This document shows positions 1 to 11,147 of a stretch of DNA of 64,000 nt, piece by piece. Positions within the stretch are counted from its first letter, which is position 1; the number at the start of each line of letters is the position of its first letter. The notes under the pieces are model-generated. The model was not told where the DNA came from and made no database searches. It saw only the letters and a program-made list of their open reading frames with translations. The stretch is from Camelus ferus (lineage: Eukaryota), in NCBI RefSeq assembly GCF_009834535.1, contig NC_045696.1, positions 20,462,001 to 20,526,000 on the forward strand, given 5' to 3'. Both the position numbers and the translations under genes were made by a program.

Positions 1-1146
1 AGTGATTGCTAAGATATGCAAATGATTTTCAACCATTATCTTATCAGATGCCTAACTCAGAAAATCTTATTCCTCCTATGGATTTTTTCAAGTTTTTGAT
101 TGCTATTTTCAGACACACATTTAGCTATGATGATAAGTAAAACGTTTTCTTACGATTCCATTTACTACTATGAATGTACTTCATCCTTATCTCATATAAA
201 TCAAATCAAATAAGTTTCTCTCTTTTGGACAATAGCAAGTGAGAAAGAGATGGTTCCAAATATTAAGAAATAAAGAAAGAATTCAAGCAGGAAACAACAT
301 ATAAATATTGTTACCAAAATGGAAGACATAACCAAACCTTTACAATAATGGGTTCTGCCTCAGTGCTAAAAGCTGGTTATTATGTTTTAGGGCATTTTCA
401 GATATCGATGTTCAGTCAATGTGCCTTCCTGAACATCACATTTAGCTAGATACTTGTTATTTATGTGGATAGAGCTAGATGGATAATGCTATGCTTATAT
501 ACTGAATCTAGTTTTGTTTTTATGGCTTTTTTATAAAATCGGCAAATTCACAAAACTAATTTTGAAGGAAAAAAATCTCTATAAGAGTTTTCCAAGAGTG
601 AAAATGATGCTTCATACAAGATCAATTCCAGGAGCACTAGTAGGGAAAATCAAGTCTGATGAAATGGCTTCAAAAAATACATAAAGATGGAATTATTTCA
701 ATAGAAAAAACCTAAAAATGTATATTCAATAAATGAAACTATAATGTACTATCTCCATAATGTGCAAACAGGTTTTCCCAATTCTGAACACTAGTATTTA
801 AACAGATGCTAAGTTGCTCTCTGTTGTGTGTCATCATCTGAGCCAAGTCTTAAGAAACAGGCACTGACGTTTTATGTCTACATGAAAAAATAATTTCATA
901 CATTATAACTGTTGGTTTTTCCTAATAGTATAACAATATTAATGCACTTGAAAAGTCAGTCACAATGATTATTTATTGTTTTGGAGATAAATGGATTGGA
1001 TATTATCTCATTGCTCTCTAACGTTTTGTTTTTTAGCAAAAATTTTATTTTTCATTATTGCTAATAGCAAACAAATATTTTCTTAAAATGGACTAGTATG
1101 TTTAACATCTAGGTGCTTTCACAGAGTATAATAGTGGAGTTCAGCC

Positions 1147-1310
1147 TTCTCTGCCTCAGTTTCCTTGTATGTAAAACAGTAGTAATGAATACGATGACAA
1201 TCATAAAATAATAGTATATTCTGTTTTAAAGTTTTCTTAAGCATTAAGACCAATCATATAAGTAAATAAATGAGCACATTACATACAACAAGCATTCAAT
1301 AAATAGTGGC
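1147..1310 (+). mobile_element. MIR SINE remnant
   Basis: MIR core-like CTTCTCTGCCTCAGTTTCCTTGTATGTAAAAC followed by a degenerate 3' end (AAGCATTCAATAAATAGT). Boundaries approximate. Confidence 0.65.
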
Positions 1311-1714
1311 CTATCTGAATGTATATTCATATATTCTGAAAGATATTGGAAAAATACATTAAGGGGACACTTGTATAGCTTATCTTAACACTGGAAAAGT
1401 TTAAAGAATAATTCATGACTCTAACACGTAGTTTACCATGTGATTTTGGAAAAGTTTAAAAAATCTCCATCTCTCTTTATTCACTTGAGACTCTGATTAT
1501 AAAACTTTACCTATGGAGTTGTAAAAAGCCAAACAGCTTATTATGCAGGTGGAAACCTTTTATTGTAAAATGCTATATAATTCCAATTTTTCACATATTT
1601 ACCAATTTAATCAACACATATTTAGAACATCAATAAGCACCTATTGTGCACTGAAACATAAAGAGAAATAATACAGATATTCTCCCTAACTTTGTAGTAT
1701 TCAAAATTTATCGA

Positions 1715-1891
1715 GGGGAGGGTATATCTCACTGGTAGAGTGTGGGCTTAGGATGCATGAGGTCCTGGGTTCATTCCCCAGTACCTCCATTTAAAAAATT
1801 AATTAAGTAAGTAACCTAATCACCTCCCCTCTAAACAAATAAAAATTTTTAATTAAATAAAATTTTTTAAAAAGCAAAGATTAAAAATACA
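1715..1891 (+). mobile_element. tRNA-derived camelid SINE (Vic-1-like)
   Basis: GGGGAGGGTATATCTCACTGGTAGAG (A box), GGTTCATTCCC (B box), CCTAATCACCTCCCC body and A-rich tail. TSD CAAAATTTATCGA (1702-1714) / CATAATTTATCAA (1892-1904). Homologous to the copies at 22379 and 31578. Confidence 0.9.
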
Positions 1892-3477
1892 CATAATTTA
1901 TCAATATAAGGCATTATTGTTATACCAAATATACTCCTTTTGAGTATCAATTCCCCATAATTTAAGAATGAAAATTCTGTTCAAAGATTGAGTAAGCAAC
2001 TCTAAAAAATGATACATATCATTTAAGTTTAGATGTTCACATTCTCCATATTTGAATATTATTAAATGAAAAAGTTTATTTTAGATGGAAAGTCTATTCA
2101 AGTAATTTCATAAAATATAAAAAAATTCTCTTTATTCTTCAAAAACTAAATGATGTATGGACTTTTTATTTATTCAACTTGACTACCTCAGTTATTCTTA
2201 CTACTAGAATAACACTACCAGAGAGAAAAACTTTAAAGAGCCAGATATGGCCTTTGATCAACAAGGTATAGATTGTTAATACTATTGCTATTTTTAACAA
2301 ATAGAGTTCCTATAAGAAGTTTCAACAAGGGACTACTTACATACACACGTGGAAATTAAAGGATGTTAAGGGACCTTGAAACTATCTAAGGCAGGAAGTC
2401 ATTATCAAACCTAGATCCAAAAGTACACCAGGACTTGGAGGGGACCGATGGATGATATGCTTGGGGTAAAGTGGGACACTACCCCACTGGAAACCATAGA
2501 AAAAGGAAGACAATTGGGATTTTTCCTGAGTCTCCTATTTGCAGATCCCAACCAGGAGGAAGTGAGAGAATGAGACCATATAATCCCAGAGCACACAGAA
2601 AGTAAGAGGGAGGTATATCCGTGAGTACAGGCAAATGAGGAACAAACTGCACACAGGTGATGCCATTTCAGTCACACTAAGATTTAGGTGTTGCTCTTGT
2701 TGTCCATTACCTATTAGCCTGTGGTTTAGCTAATATTCGATATGAACTCTTAAGAGAAAAACAATTTGGAATGGGTTGAATAATCTAATGATACCTCCTC
2801 TAATAGTCTCTGTTTTTAAGAGATTATTTAGGAATGCAAGTTTTCCCACTGATTCACAATTAGCCTATTATTAAAAATTTAAAATGCATACCATATATAT
2901 TTTATTGTCTTCTTCATAACAAGGACATGTAAATAACATTTTATGTTCCCAAAATGTGTAATTCAGGAGGTGACATCAGCAAGCAGGCAGGCTAGTTGAT
3001 CCCAACCCTCTTTCCGACAAAAACAATGAAAACAATGAAGAAACGACCACAAACAGAAGGAAATAGCTCTGGGAAAGCTCCGCACTACAACAAAGATGCA
3101 GCAGAACTCCGTGGAGCACAGAAACCAATGGCTGGCGCACAGAGGAGCGCAGGAAGGCAGCGTCTTACCCGAGCTGCGCCACCTCAGCCTCCAGTCCGGA
3201 GCGACGCCGAGCCACGACGGAGCCCCTCAGAGGGCTTTCACTCCGCTAGGACAGAACAGGAGAACGTCAGCGACCCTCATCACCACCGGGGACGTCCGCA
3301 GCCGTTGCTACTGAGGGCCCCGCAGCTGTCACCGAGGCCAGCTGCTGCTGAGGGAGCTGCCTGGAGCCCCCCGTGGCTGAGTCTCCTGAGGGCTGGAGCT
3401 GGGGCGTAGGGTAGGCTTGTCCCTACGTGCTCAAGTGGCGCATGTGCGGCGCTCTCCACGCCGCGGTGCCACAGCGG

Positions 3478-3496
3478 CTCGCCATCTAGCGGTCCG
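3478..3496 (-). promoter_or_regulatory. Candidate CTCF motif inside a CpG-rich L1 5' UTR
   Basis: Minus strand reads GGACCGCTAGATGGCGAG, close to the CTCF core CCASYAGRKGGCRS. Motif match only. Confidence 0.45.
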
Positions 3497-4467
3497 GAAC
3501 TGCCACTGCACTGTGCCCTACCCACTGAGTCCTAAGGCGCTGCTTGAATTTGTCATCCCTGGAGCCCTGCTGCCAGGACATTGAATTTAGCTTTCCTGGG
3601 TCCTAAATCCAAACTTTGATCTGCCTTCACCCGGGGCCTTCGTACCTCTCCTCGAGTCCTGAGTCAGGGCTTTGACCCACCATCACCATGGCTATGCTGC
3701 TACTATTCTGCGTCCTGTCCCTGCGTCCCGAGTCAAAAACACAAGTAACAATTTTTGGTGGGGTTGTGGAAAAAAGGGAACCCTTATGGACTTACTGTGA
3801 ATGTAAATTGGTACAGTCATTATGGAAAACTTTATGGAATTCTCTCAAAAACTTAACAATAGACCTACTATATGATCCAGTAATTCCAATTCTGGGCATA
3901 TATCTAAAGGAGGTGAAATCAGTATCTCAAAGAGAAATCTGCACCCCTATGTTCACTGCAGTATTATTCACAATAGACAAGATAAGGAAACAGCCTAAGT
4001 GTCCACTGATGAATGAACCGGTAAAGAAAATGTGAGATATAGACATAGATATAGATAAAGATATAGATATAGATATATCTTTGTGATATATATATCTTTG
4101 TTGTTATTGTTCTGATATTTTAATTTTCTTACTGAATCCATTTTGCTAAAAAAAATTTTAACATATCTTAGAAAATTAGCAAAAATTAAGAAAGTTGAAC
4201 ATATTGCATTGTACAATATTTAGGTAAGAATGTTTGAAAGTTATATTTTGCTCTCTTTCAACATAGCAATCAGAAAATCACAAAAAAAAATTTCATGTGT
4301 AATTCCTATGAATGTTTATATCCCTATTCATTAAGGAAAGGCTCAATTATGACAAACTTCATACATGCCTGAAATTTTATGTACAGTAACTGCAAAGATA
4401 AAACCAAGGGGATCTAAGTTCTTTGATGCTTGAAACCATTTTAAATATTAGGAGGAATTCAGTTTGT

Positions 4468-4470
<3 letters not shown>

Positions 4471-4523
<53 letters not shown>

Positions 4524-4542
4524 CACATATACACACACATAC

Positions 4543-4590
<48 letters not shown>
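4471..4590. repeat. Compound microsatellite (AT)n-(AC)n-(GT)n
   Basis: Directly visible dinucleotide runs. Confidence 0.97.
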
Positions 4591-5899
4591 AAATGGAATA
4601 TTATTCGGGCATAAAAAAGAAGGAAATTCTGCCATTTGTGATAACATGGCTGAAACTGGAGGGCATCCTGCTACTTGAAATAAACCAGACAGAGAAAGAC
4701 AAATATGATATAGTGTCACTTAAATTTTGTAGAAACTACAAGAAAAAAAGAAAAGCCAACCTCACAGAAAGAAAGTAAAATTGTGGCTGCCAGAGGTTGG
4801 GGGATGGGGGAGGGGAGGTATAGTTCAAAGCTTATAGACTTTCAGTTATAAATTGAATAGATTCTGAGAAGCTAATGCAGAGCATGGTGACTATAGTTAA
4901 TAATACGGTATTGTATACCTGAAATTTTAAGGACAGATTTAAATGTTCTCACCACACACAGAAGAGTTAAGTATATGAGGTAACAGATGTATTAATTAAT
5001 TTGATTGCAGTAATCATTTCACTTTGTATATGTATATTAAATCTTCACATTGCATACTGTAAACATATATAATTTTATTGTCAATTATTCCTCAATAAAG
5101 GTAGAAAAGAAAAAATGTATAATATGATGTAAGTCAGTCCATGGAAACTAAGTTTTAAAGGCTAATCTTGTGCTGCTATTAAAAATCACTTACCATAATG
5201 GTTGAAATATTTCTAAACCAGGCTATATTACACTTAATAAGAACTTTCTATTTTCTAATAATTTTTTGTTACCTCAAGCAGTAAGTGTGTTAACAGATAT
5301 GAAAAGGAATGATGGATGAGCATTAGATTAAAGTTAATCAAGAAAATCACATTTTATAAAATGAATTAGAAGTTGTCAACTAAATTCTCCTTTATTTTTC
5401 ATATTTGGAAGCATTTATATTTCATAATCAGATATCTTTAAAGGAAGAAAACATGCTTACATTGTAATAATTGATTATTTTTTCTGAATCACTGTAAACA
5501 TATTACATATGCAAACATATGTTAAATATATTTACTATTTGTTGACTCTGTGACATATTTTGGACACATAACAGTCATACTACTCCAACGTAATAGTTTC
5601 TGTATTAGTGAAAACAATGCTAGCCATTATAAAACTACAAGATGAATAACAATCAATGATAAAAACAACAAAAAGTCTATTTCTTGTTCACATCACCATC
5701 CAGTTGACAGAAAATGAGTGGCTATTTCAAAGACCAAACGCTTCCCAAACATATGAATTTGCATCTCTGAGTTTTCTCCATGCCATAGGCAGATAGGGAA
5801 AGGAATACTGCTGTCTAATACATTCACCGTTTTGATTAACACATAAAGAATATTAATTTAAAAAATTGTGAGTTTTTAGTTGAGAATTAAAGATTGAAA

Positions 5900-6810
5900 C
5901 ACAAGATAAATGAGGGTAAATCAGTAATAGAATTTTACTAAAGAGAGCAGAAAAATGCCGAATCCAACACACAGATAAAGGAATTGAACTTAGGAAATAT
6001 GAGAGTTCAGATGTGAGGATGTTTATATCCTGTGTAATATTAACATGTTTGTAACGTAACCTTATGATTTCTATTTACTTTAACAAGTAGATGGCAAAGA
6101 CATCTGTTAGTGTGAAGGAGATGTGTGGGTATCAAAATTTGAAGAGACAAAAAAAGATTAAAACATTTTGTGGAGAATGAGATAGATGGACAGTCCCAAT
6201 GACTGGCTTGTGAGTGATGATAACACATTTTAGGAGGTTAATATGACCTCATGTATGAAATTATCTAGCACTGCTCCACTGCTGGGGTAAGGGCATGCTG
6301 CATTATGATAGTCTAGGTCACCCAAGGTGACTGTTTTACTTTATGGGCACAATAAGAATAACAGAGGAACAAGAGAGTTTAGAATATTTGTAAGAATGTC
6401 CTTGAAATCACAGACCATGGAATTCAAAGCAGATAATGATAAAGTTAAAAAAAAAAGTTATATGGGGAGAAATTTATAGAGGTCTAAGTTCCTGACCAAG
6501 AGTTTTTGACCAAGCAAATGGATAATAAATGAGGCTGTGTTCACAGCTGGAAATCAGTGAATTAGTGATATATAGAGTTGGAAAAACTGTATTAAGGGTA
6601 ACCACAGGGTCAAAATTGAAATTGTGGAAGTGGATTGCTGAAAAAAATCTAAAAGGTTATGAGACATTAAAAAAAATCATAAAACCAAGAATTTGGTTGG
6701 GTTTCAGAGTGTCTCTGTGGATATTTACATCTCCTCAGGGTGATGGCAATGCTCTCTAGGGGTGGAAAAAATGATTGTGAACCATGTGCCAAAGTGTTCA
6801 AGGAAAAATG
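5900..6810 (-). mobile_element. Degenerate L2 LINE fragments
   Basis: Purine-rich, with L2-antisense-like motifs (GAGAGTTCAG, TGAACCATGTGCCAAAGTGTTCAAGGAA). Highly diverged. Confidence 0.4.
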
Positions 6811-8360
6811 GATATGATAAAGAAAAACAATATTTGAAGAGAGAAAAATTGGTTTTAAAGGAAAGAATACCAGCCTCCACCTCTGGATCTTGAGATCAGA
6901 TGGAAGATCAGAAAAAGTGATTGTTCAAGACAGTTGGGGATAAAGGGTAGGACCTGTTTCCCACAGAAAGAGAATCTGAGTTTGGTTAATGCAGTTATTA
7001 GTGAAAGCGAATAATGTAAAAAACACAGAGAATTCTGCAGTTACGCTGCTCTGTGTTGGAGGACTTAGAGGAGGGGGAAGCCTGGAGACTGAGACAGTGG
7101 CAATAAAGTAGAATTCACTGTGGAGAAAAATAATTTGTTAGAGAACTCTTGGGATTAAGGGATGTTTTCTTGTGTATTGACAGATGGAAACAAAGATGAC
7201 AGGCATGGAACCAACAGATTTTGTCTCAATCATGTTCTTGACTTGGATGGATATAGTACTTCTGGATAAAGTGTGGTTCAGTCTACTGGTGATGGCTGGC
7301 ACAGAAGATAAAGGTCTACAATCTACTTGGTCTGGATAATAGTACCTCTCCCTGAATATGCATTCCCCTGTGCTATTATGTTTACATATATACCTCTATA
7401 GATGCCTAATTTGATATCAGTATCTATAATTACAATATATAGTATATAAAATGATGTTAAAATGGTACTGATTTTGTCTTGATTTTAGTTGAGGTCCCAT
7501 AGGTCTAAAACAAATAGAACATCATGATAAGTATCCCAGTATCTTAAAATGGTGATTTAAAACACATGAAGGATATTCTAAGATATCTAAGATTTTAAGA
7601 TTTTAGAACATCCCAAGAGATTTAAAATCTGGCTCATTCAGCAATCCATTGCAAATTTTTTTGGTGTCTTGGTTTCAGCAGATATCTCAAAGGGGAAGAA
7701 TAATAAATTTCAAAGAATCTCTACATACTAAAGACATGAGAGACCACATAGGGGTGACACACCTAAAGATTTCAAACTGGACAGGAAGCAATAATTAATC
7801 ACTCACTTGGAAGTGTCTTGGTTCTGCCAGGTCCCAAGACGCTAAAAATAATACTATATAGAATCAAATGTCCCCATACGCTAAGGAGGTTCTGAAGCAC
7901 ATATGCAGGACATGCTAGGAGATTTTAAAACTGAATCAGCCAGTAATAATCCACCACTAACTTCAGAGAGATGGAGTAAAGACTTATTTGAAGAAAAGTT
8001 TGTTTATGTGCTGTGTGTTGCCACTGCCTAGCATCTCCTGAGGGCAAGTAAGACAGAAGCTCTTCAAAGATGCGACACTTGGGGTTTGGGCTTAAAGGGG
8101 CAGAACAGAGAAGGAGAGGTGCCCTGAAGCAAGCTTCAGTCACATGTAGGTCAGGGAAAAGATGCTAACTGTACCTATAAAATGGAGCCTCCCAGGGACT
8201 GTGTTTGAAAACACTTCTTTCCGGAATTGACTGCAAGAGTGAAAAGACTTCATTCCAGAGAATAGTTGTGAATGTCAGAACACCAGAGGCATAATAGGAT
8301 TCGTAAGAGGCGTGTGTCAGAGAGTGCTGTGAGCAATGACCCCAGTAGGATAATAGTTCG

Positions 8361-8398
8361 CATACATACACACACACACACACACACACACGCACGCA
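8361..8398. repeat. (CA)n microsatellite
   Basis: Directly visible. Confidence 0.95.
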
Positions 8399-10167
8399 GA
8401 GTTCGTTTTTGAAGAACACTTCTTTAACTGAGACCTATTCCTTGGATGGGTGAATGGCATCTGCACTGGACCCTATGTCTTAGTTTGGAGAAGGGGGTAC
8501 AGGAAACATTGCACCTCACTTCCTTTTTCTGAATGTTAAAATTTAAGTTTAAAATTTCAGTGTTTAAAGATTCCCCAAAATGTCTGACAAAAGATCAACC
8601 TCCTCTCAAGTTGAAAAAAGAGTGTTCTCTGAACAAATAAAGTTGTTCAAAACTTACATTCTTTTGGAGATGTGCCAGTTTTTTGTAGATTCCACCACAT
8701 TCTACTTATTATCCTTTCTGATGTGGAATCTTTAGAGAATTTTCTTTATTTTACATTGTGTTTTTTAAAAAATGAATGTCTTAAACTAACTCCTGTTTGC
8801 CAGTTGATTTCCAGTAATATTAGTTTCCATTTCTAGCAACTTTATCAAGGCCAATTTCAACTAGCATTGTGCATCATCATATATTAGAAATTCGTAAGTT
8901 TGAAAGATATAAAGATATCCTTCCCTCCATCTTTTTCATTTTTTATGATTAGTAAGCCCAAATATATTATCATAACATTTTCAGACATTTGTATATATTA
9001 TTCTGTATTTTTATTATTAATTTTTTATCTCAGGGCTCAATTTTGTTTGATGTTTTATTATTAATTTACAAGCCTTCTGTATCTAAACTATATGAGCTCA
9101 TTATTTATTGTACCTATTTTTTACAACTGATTTTTTGTCTTTTAACTTTTCATGTATATTTATGCCAAATATTTAATTTTCATACAGTCAAAAATACTGA
9201 TTGTGTCCTTTAATATTAAAAACACATTACATATTCAGTGATCAATGCAATATTTTATCATCATAAAGAAAAATACTGGAATGAGACAGACATTCAATAA
9301 AAGATGAAATGCTTACTTTAAAAATATATATATAAGGAGCAGTGAGTCTACAATATAAATTTGTATTTCCTAGTTTCCAATGGAGAAAGAAGGCAAATTT
9401 AAAACACATAGTAAACAGTTTTGGGTAATAAGGTTGGAAAGGATCTGGAAGTCCACTGGATGTGAAGTAGTACCTAGAACAGGACTTAGGTAGTACTGCC
9501 TTGTGATCCAAACAAGGTCCTCAGTTCTTGGACCAAGGTTTTAGAGATCTCAGCCATGAACCACCTGTCTAAGCAGCCATTGGTCTAAGGAGATTCACTC
9601 ACACAGAGCCTGGCCCCCTCTTCCAAACCATGATTTGGGACCTTGGAATCCCCTGCTCAATGTGCCAAGCCTTCCCCTTACCTTCTTTCTTCTCTCTCTG
9701 AGAGCCTCTTCGGTGTTCGCACACCTGGGCGTAAGGGATGGCCAATGAGGTTGGAGCAGGAAGATGTAGGCATTTCGGAGGCTCTGGAGGGTGACTAGTT
9801 ATATGGATTTTATTTTCCAAATACACAATCAGGAGACCATAGATGAGGATGGAGCCAGATGTGAGAAGTAAAGAATGGGTATGTTGTGAACTGGAAACCT
9901 TCCTGTGTACCTTCGTTAGGACAAAAGTGGGCCTGGGCCTGCACTTAAATTTTCAATCGCCTGTGCTATTAGTGGGATTCTGAGAAGAAAAGTCTCTTAT
10001 ACCTCTGATCTTAGTTTCCTCACTTGAACAATGAAGGTGTTTAACTTGTGCTAACATTCTTTGGTTGGCTTTATCTGTCTTAAGAACATTGGAGATGTTT
10101 CTTTGTGCTTTTGCACTGGGCCCTTGGAAGCATTTGTGAAATAAGAGTAACCAAAAGATGTTTGTTT

Positions 10168-10345
10168 AGCATTCTTACCTCTAGCATTAATTACGTATGT
10201 CACCCTGGGTAAATTACTTCCACTATTTGAGTCTCAGTTTTATCTTCTCTGAAAGAGGAGAAAAAATGCTATCTCTGATGACGTAAAGCTCAAACAGTAG
10301 AGATCCCTGGCAAAGGATAACTCCTCAAGATGTGTTATTTTATTC
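10168..10345 (+). mobile_element. MIR SINE remnant
   Basis: TGTCACCCTGGGTAAATTACTTCCACTATTTGAGTCTCAGTTTTATCTTCTCTGAAA matches the MIR core, with a degenerate 3' end CCTGGCAAAGGATAACTCCTCAA. Confidence 0.7.
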
Positions 10346-10357
10346 CATTGTTATTCT

Positions 10358-10690
10358 GAAGATGACACATCAGTTCACCTCATGGGTGTTTGGTGTTACA
10401 CATTTGTTGAAATGCTCTGGTATCAAAGAATTGCTAAAGAGCTGTTTTCGGCTCCTAGTTCCACCTATGAGGAGGCTCTGGGCTACTTTCACAGGGCAGA
10501 GCAAGTGAACCCAAACTTCTGCAGCAAAACTGTGCTTCTTTTAGAAAAGACATATTTGAAGCTACACGACAAAAAGCTTGCTGTCTTCTGGCTAACGAAA
10601 GTTAAGGACCGTTCGGCGCACACAGAGGAGGATCGACAGACGCTGACGGAAGCTGCTTGGTTGCTTGCAGGTTTCCGTGATGAGAACTGA
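10358..10690 (+). pseudogene. RMDN1: 5'-truncated processed copy of RMDN1 (regulator of microtubule dynamics 1 / FAM82B), C-terminal ~110 codons
   Basis: Translation (EDDTSVHL)MGVWCYTFVEMLWYQRIAKELFSAPSSTYEEALGYFHRAEQVNPNFCSKTVLLLEKTYLKLHDKKLAVFWLTKVKD...HTEEDRQ...EN* aligns with the recalled RMDN1 C-terminus (KDATSIHLMGIWCYTFAEMPWYQRRIAK...ALGYFHRAEQVDPNFYSKNLLLLGKTYLKLHNKKLAAFWL...EKN*). Uninterrupted across what should be several exons. Stop at the native position. Confidence 0.92.
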
Positions 10691-10694
10691 GAAT

Positions 10695-11147
10695 TTTTCA
10701 GGTCTCTCATTTAGCAGCAAGGAGCCTTTTTGTGGTCTATTCAGTGCCATGCTTTTTTGTGTTTTTGTGCTTTTCTTAGTGATTCTCCTATTTTAAGTGG
10801 CCCCCCAGTATAGTGCTGAAGTGGTGTCTAGTGCTCCCAGTACAAGGCTGGGCTGTCCTTACAGAGAAAATAGGTTTGTTAGATATGTTTTCTTCAGGCA
10901 TGACTTATACTAAGCTTATCTGTGAATTCAATGTTAATGAATCAACAACATATATTAAATAAAGCGTCTTTAAATGGAAACACACATAAACACTAAAGGG
11001 TTGATGAAAATGTTGTGATTCGGGGCTCCCAGGAACCTAACCCTGTTTTTTCTTTTTTTCCCTAGAAACAGTGGTTCTGCATTTGCTAATTCAGGGTTTG
11101 TGGTGACTTTATAGAGTAAAACTATAGCAATTAATGAGAATCAACTG
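10695..11147 (+). mobile_element. TcMar-Tigger DNA transposon, 3' part (MER82-like)
   Basis: GCCCCCCAGTATAGTGCTGAAGTGGTGTCTAGTG, TTCAATGTTAATGAATCAACAA and CAGGAACCTAACCCTG. Ends in TIR-like AATGAGAATCAACTG plus TA. No left TIR found. Confidence 0.8.

Larger units (their letters stand above)
2963..5111 (+). mobile_element. Internally deleted LINE-1 (5' UTR joined to ORF2 C-terminus/3' UTR, L1MA-type 3' end)
   Basis: L1 5'-end-like start GGAGGTGACATCAGCAAG and GC/CpG-rich to ~3730. ORF 3688-4035 translates to the L1 ORF2 C-terminus (CKLVQSLWKT...YDPVIPILGIY...CTPMFTAVLFTI...QPKCP). 3' UTR ends in CTCAATAAAG (~5092-5100). TSD AAAATGTGTAAT (2951-2962) / AAAATGTATAAT (5112-5123). Confidence 0.8.

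Noticed and set aside
1715..1790. tRNA-like sequences (also at 22379 and 31578)
   Set aside because: A-rich tails, TSDs and broken stems show they are SINE heads, not tRNA genes.
2996..3409. 137-aa GC-rich ORF and overlapping ORFs
   Set aside because: Non-ATG start, low-complexity P/R/A-rich translation with no recognisable domain. Expected by chance in a GC-rich L1 5' UTR.
3688..4035. 115-aa ORF with a hydrophobic, signal-like N-terminus
   Set aside because: A chance read-through from the UTR into the decayed L1 ORF2 C-terminus. No evidence of a gene.
10382..10690. Functional parental RMDN1 locus
   Set aside because: No introns, no N-terminal coding region in the window, and it abuts a MIR upstream.
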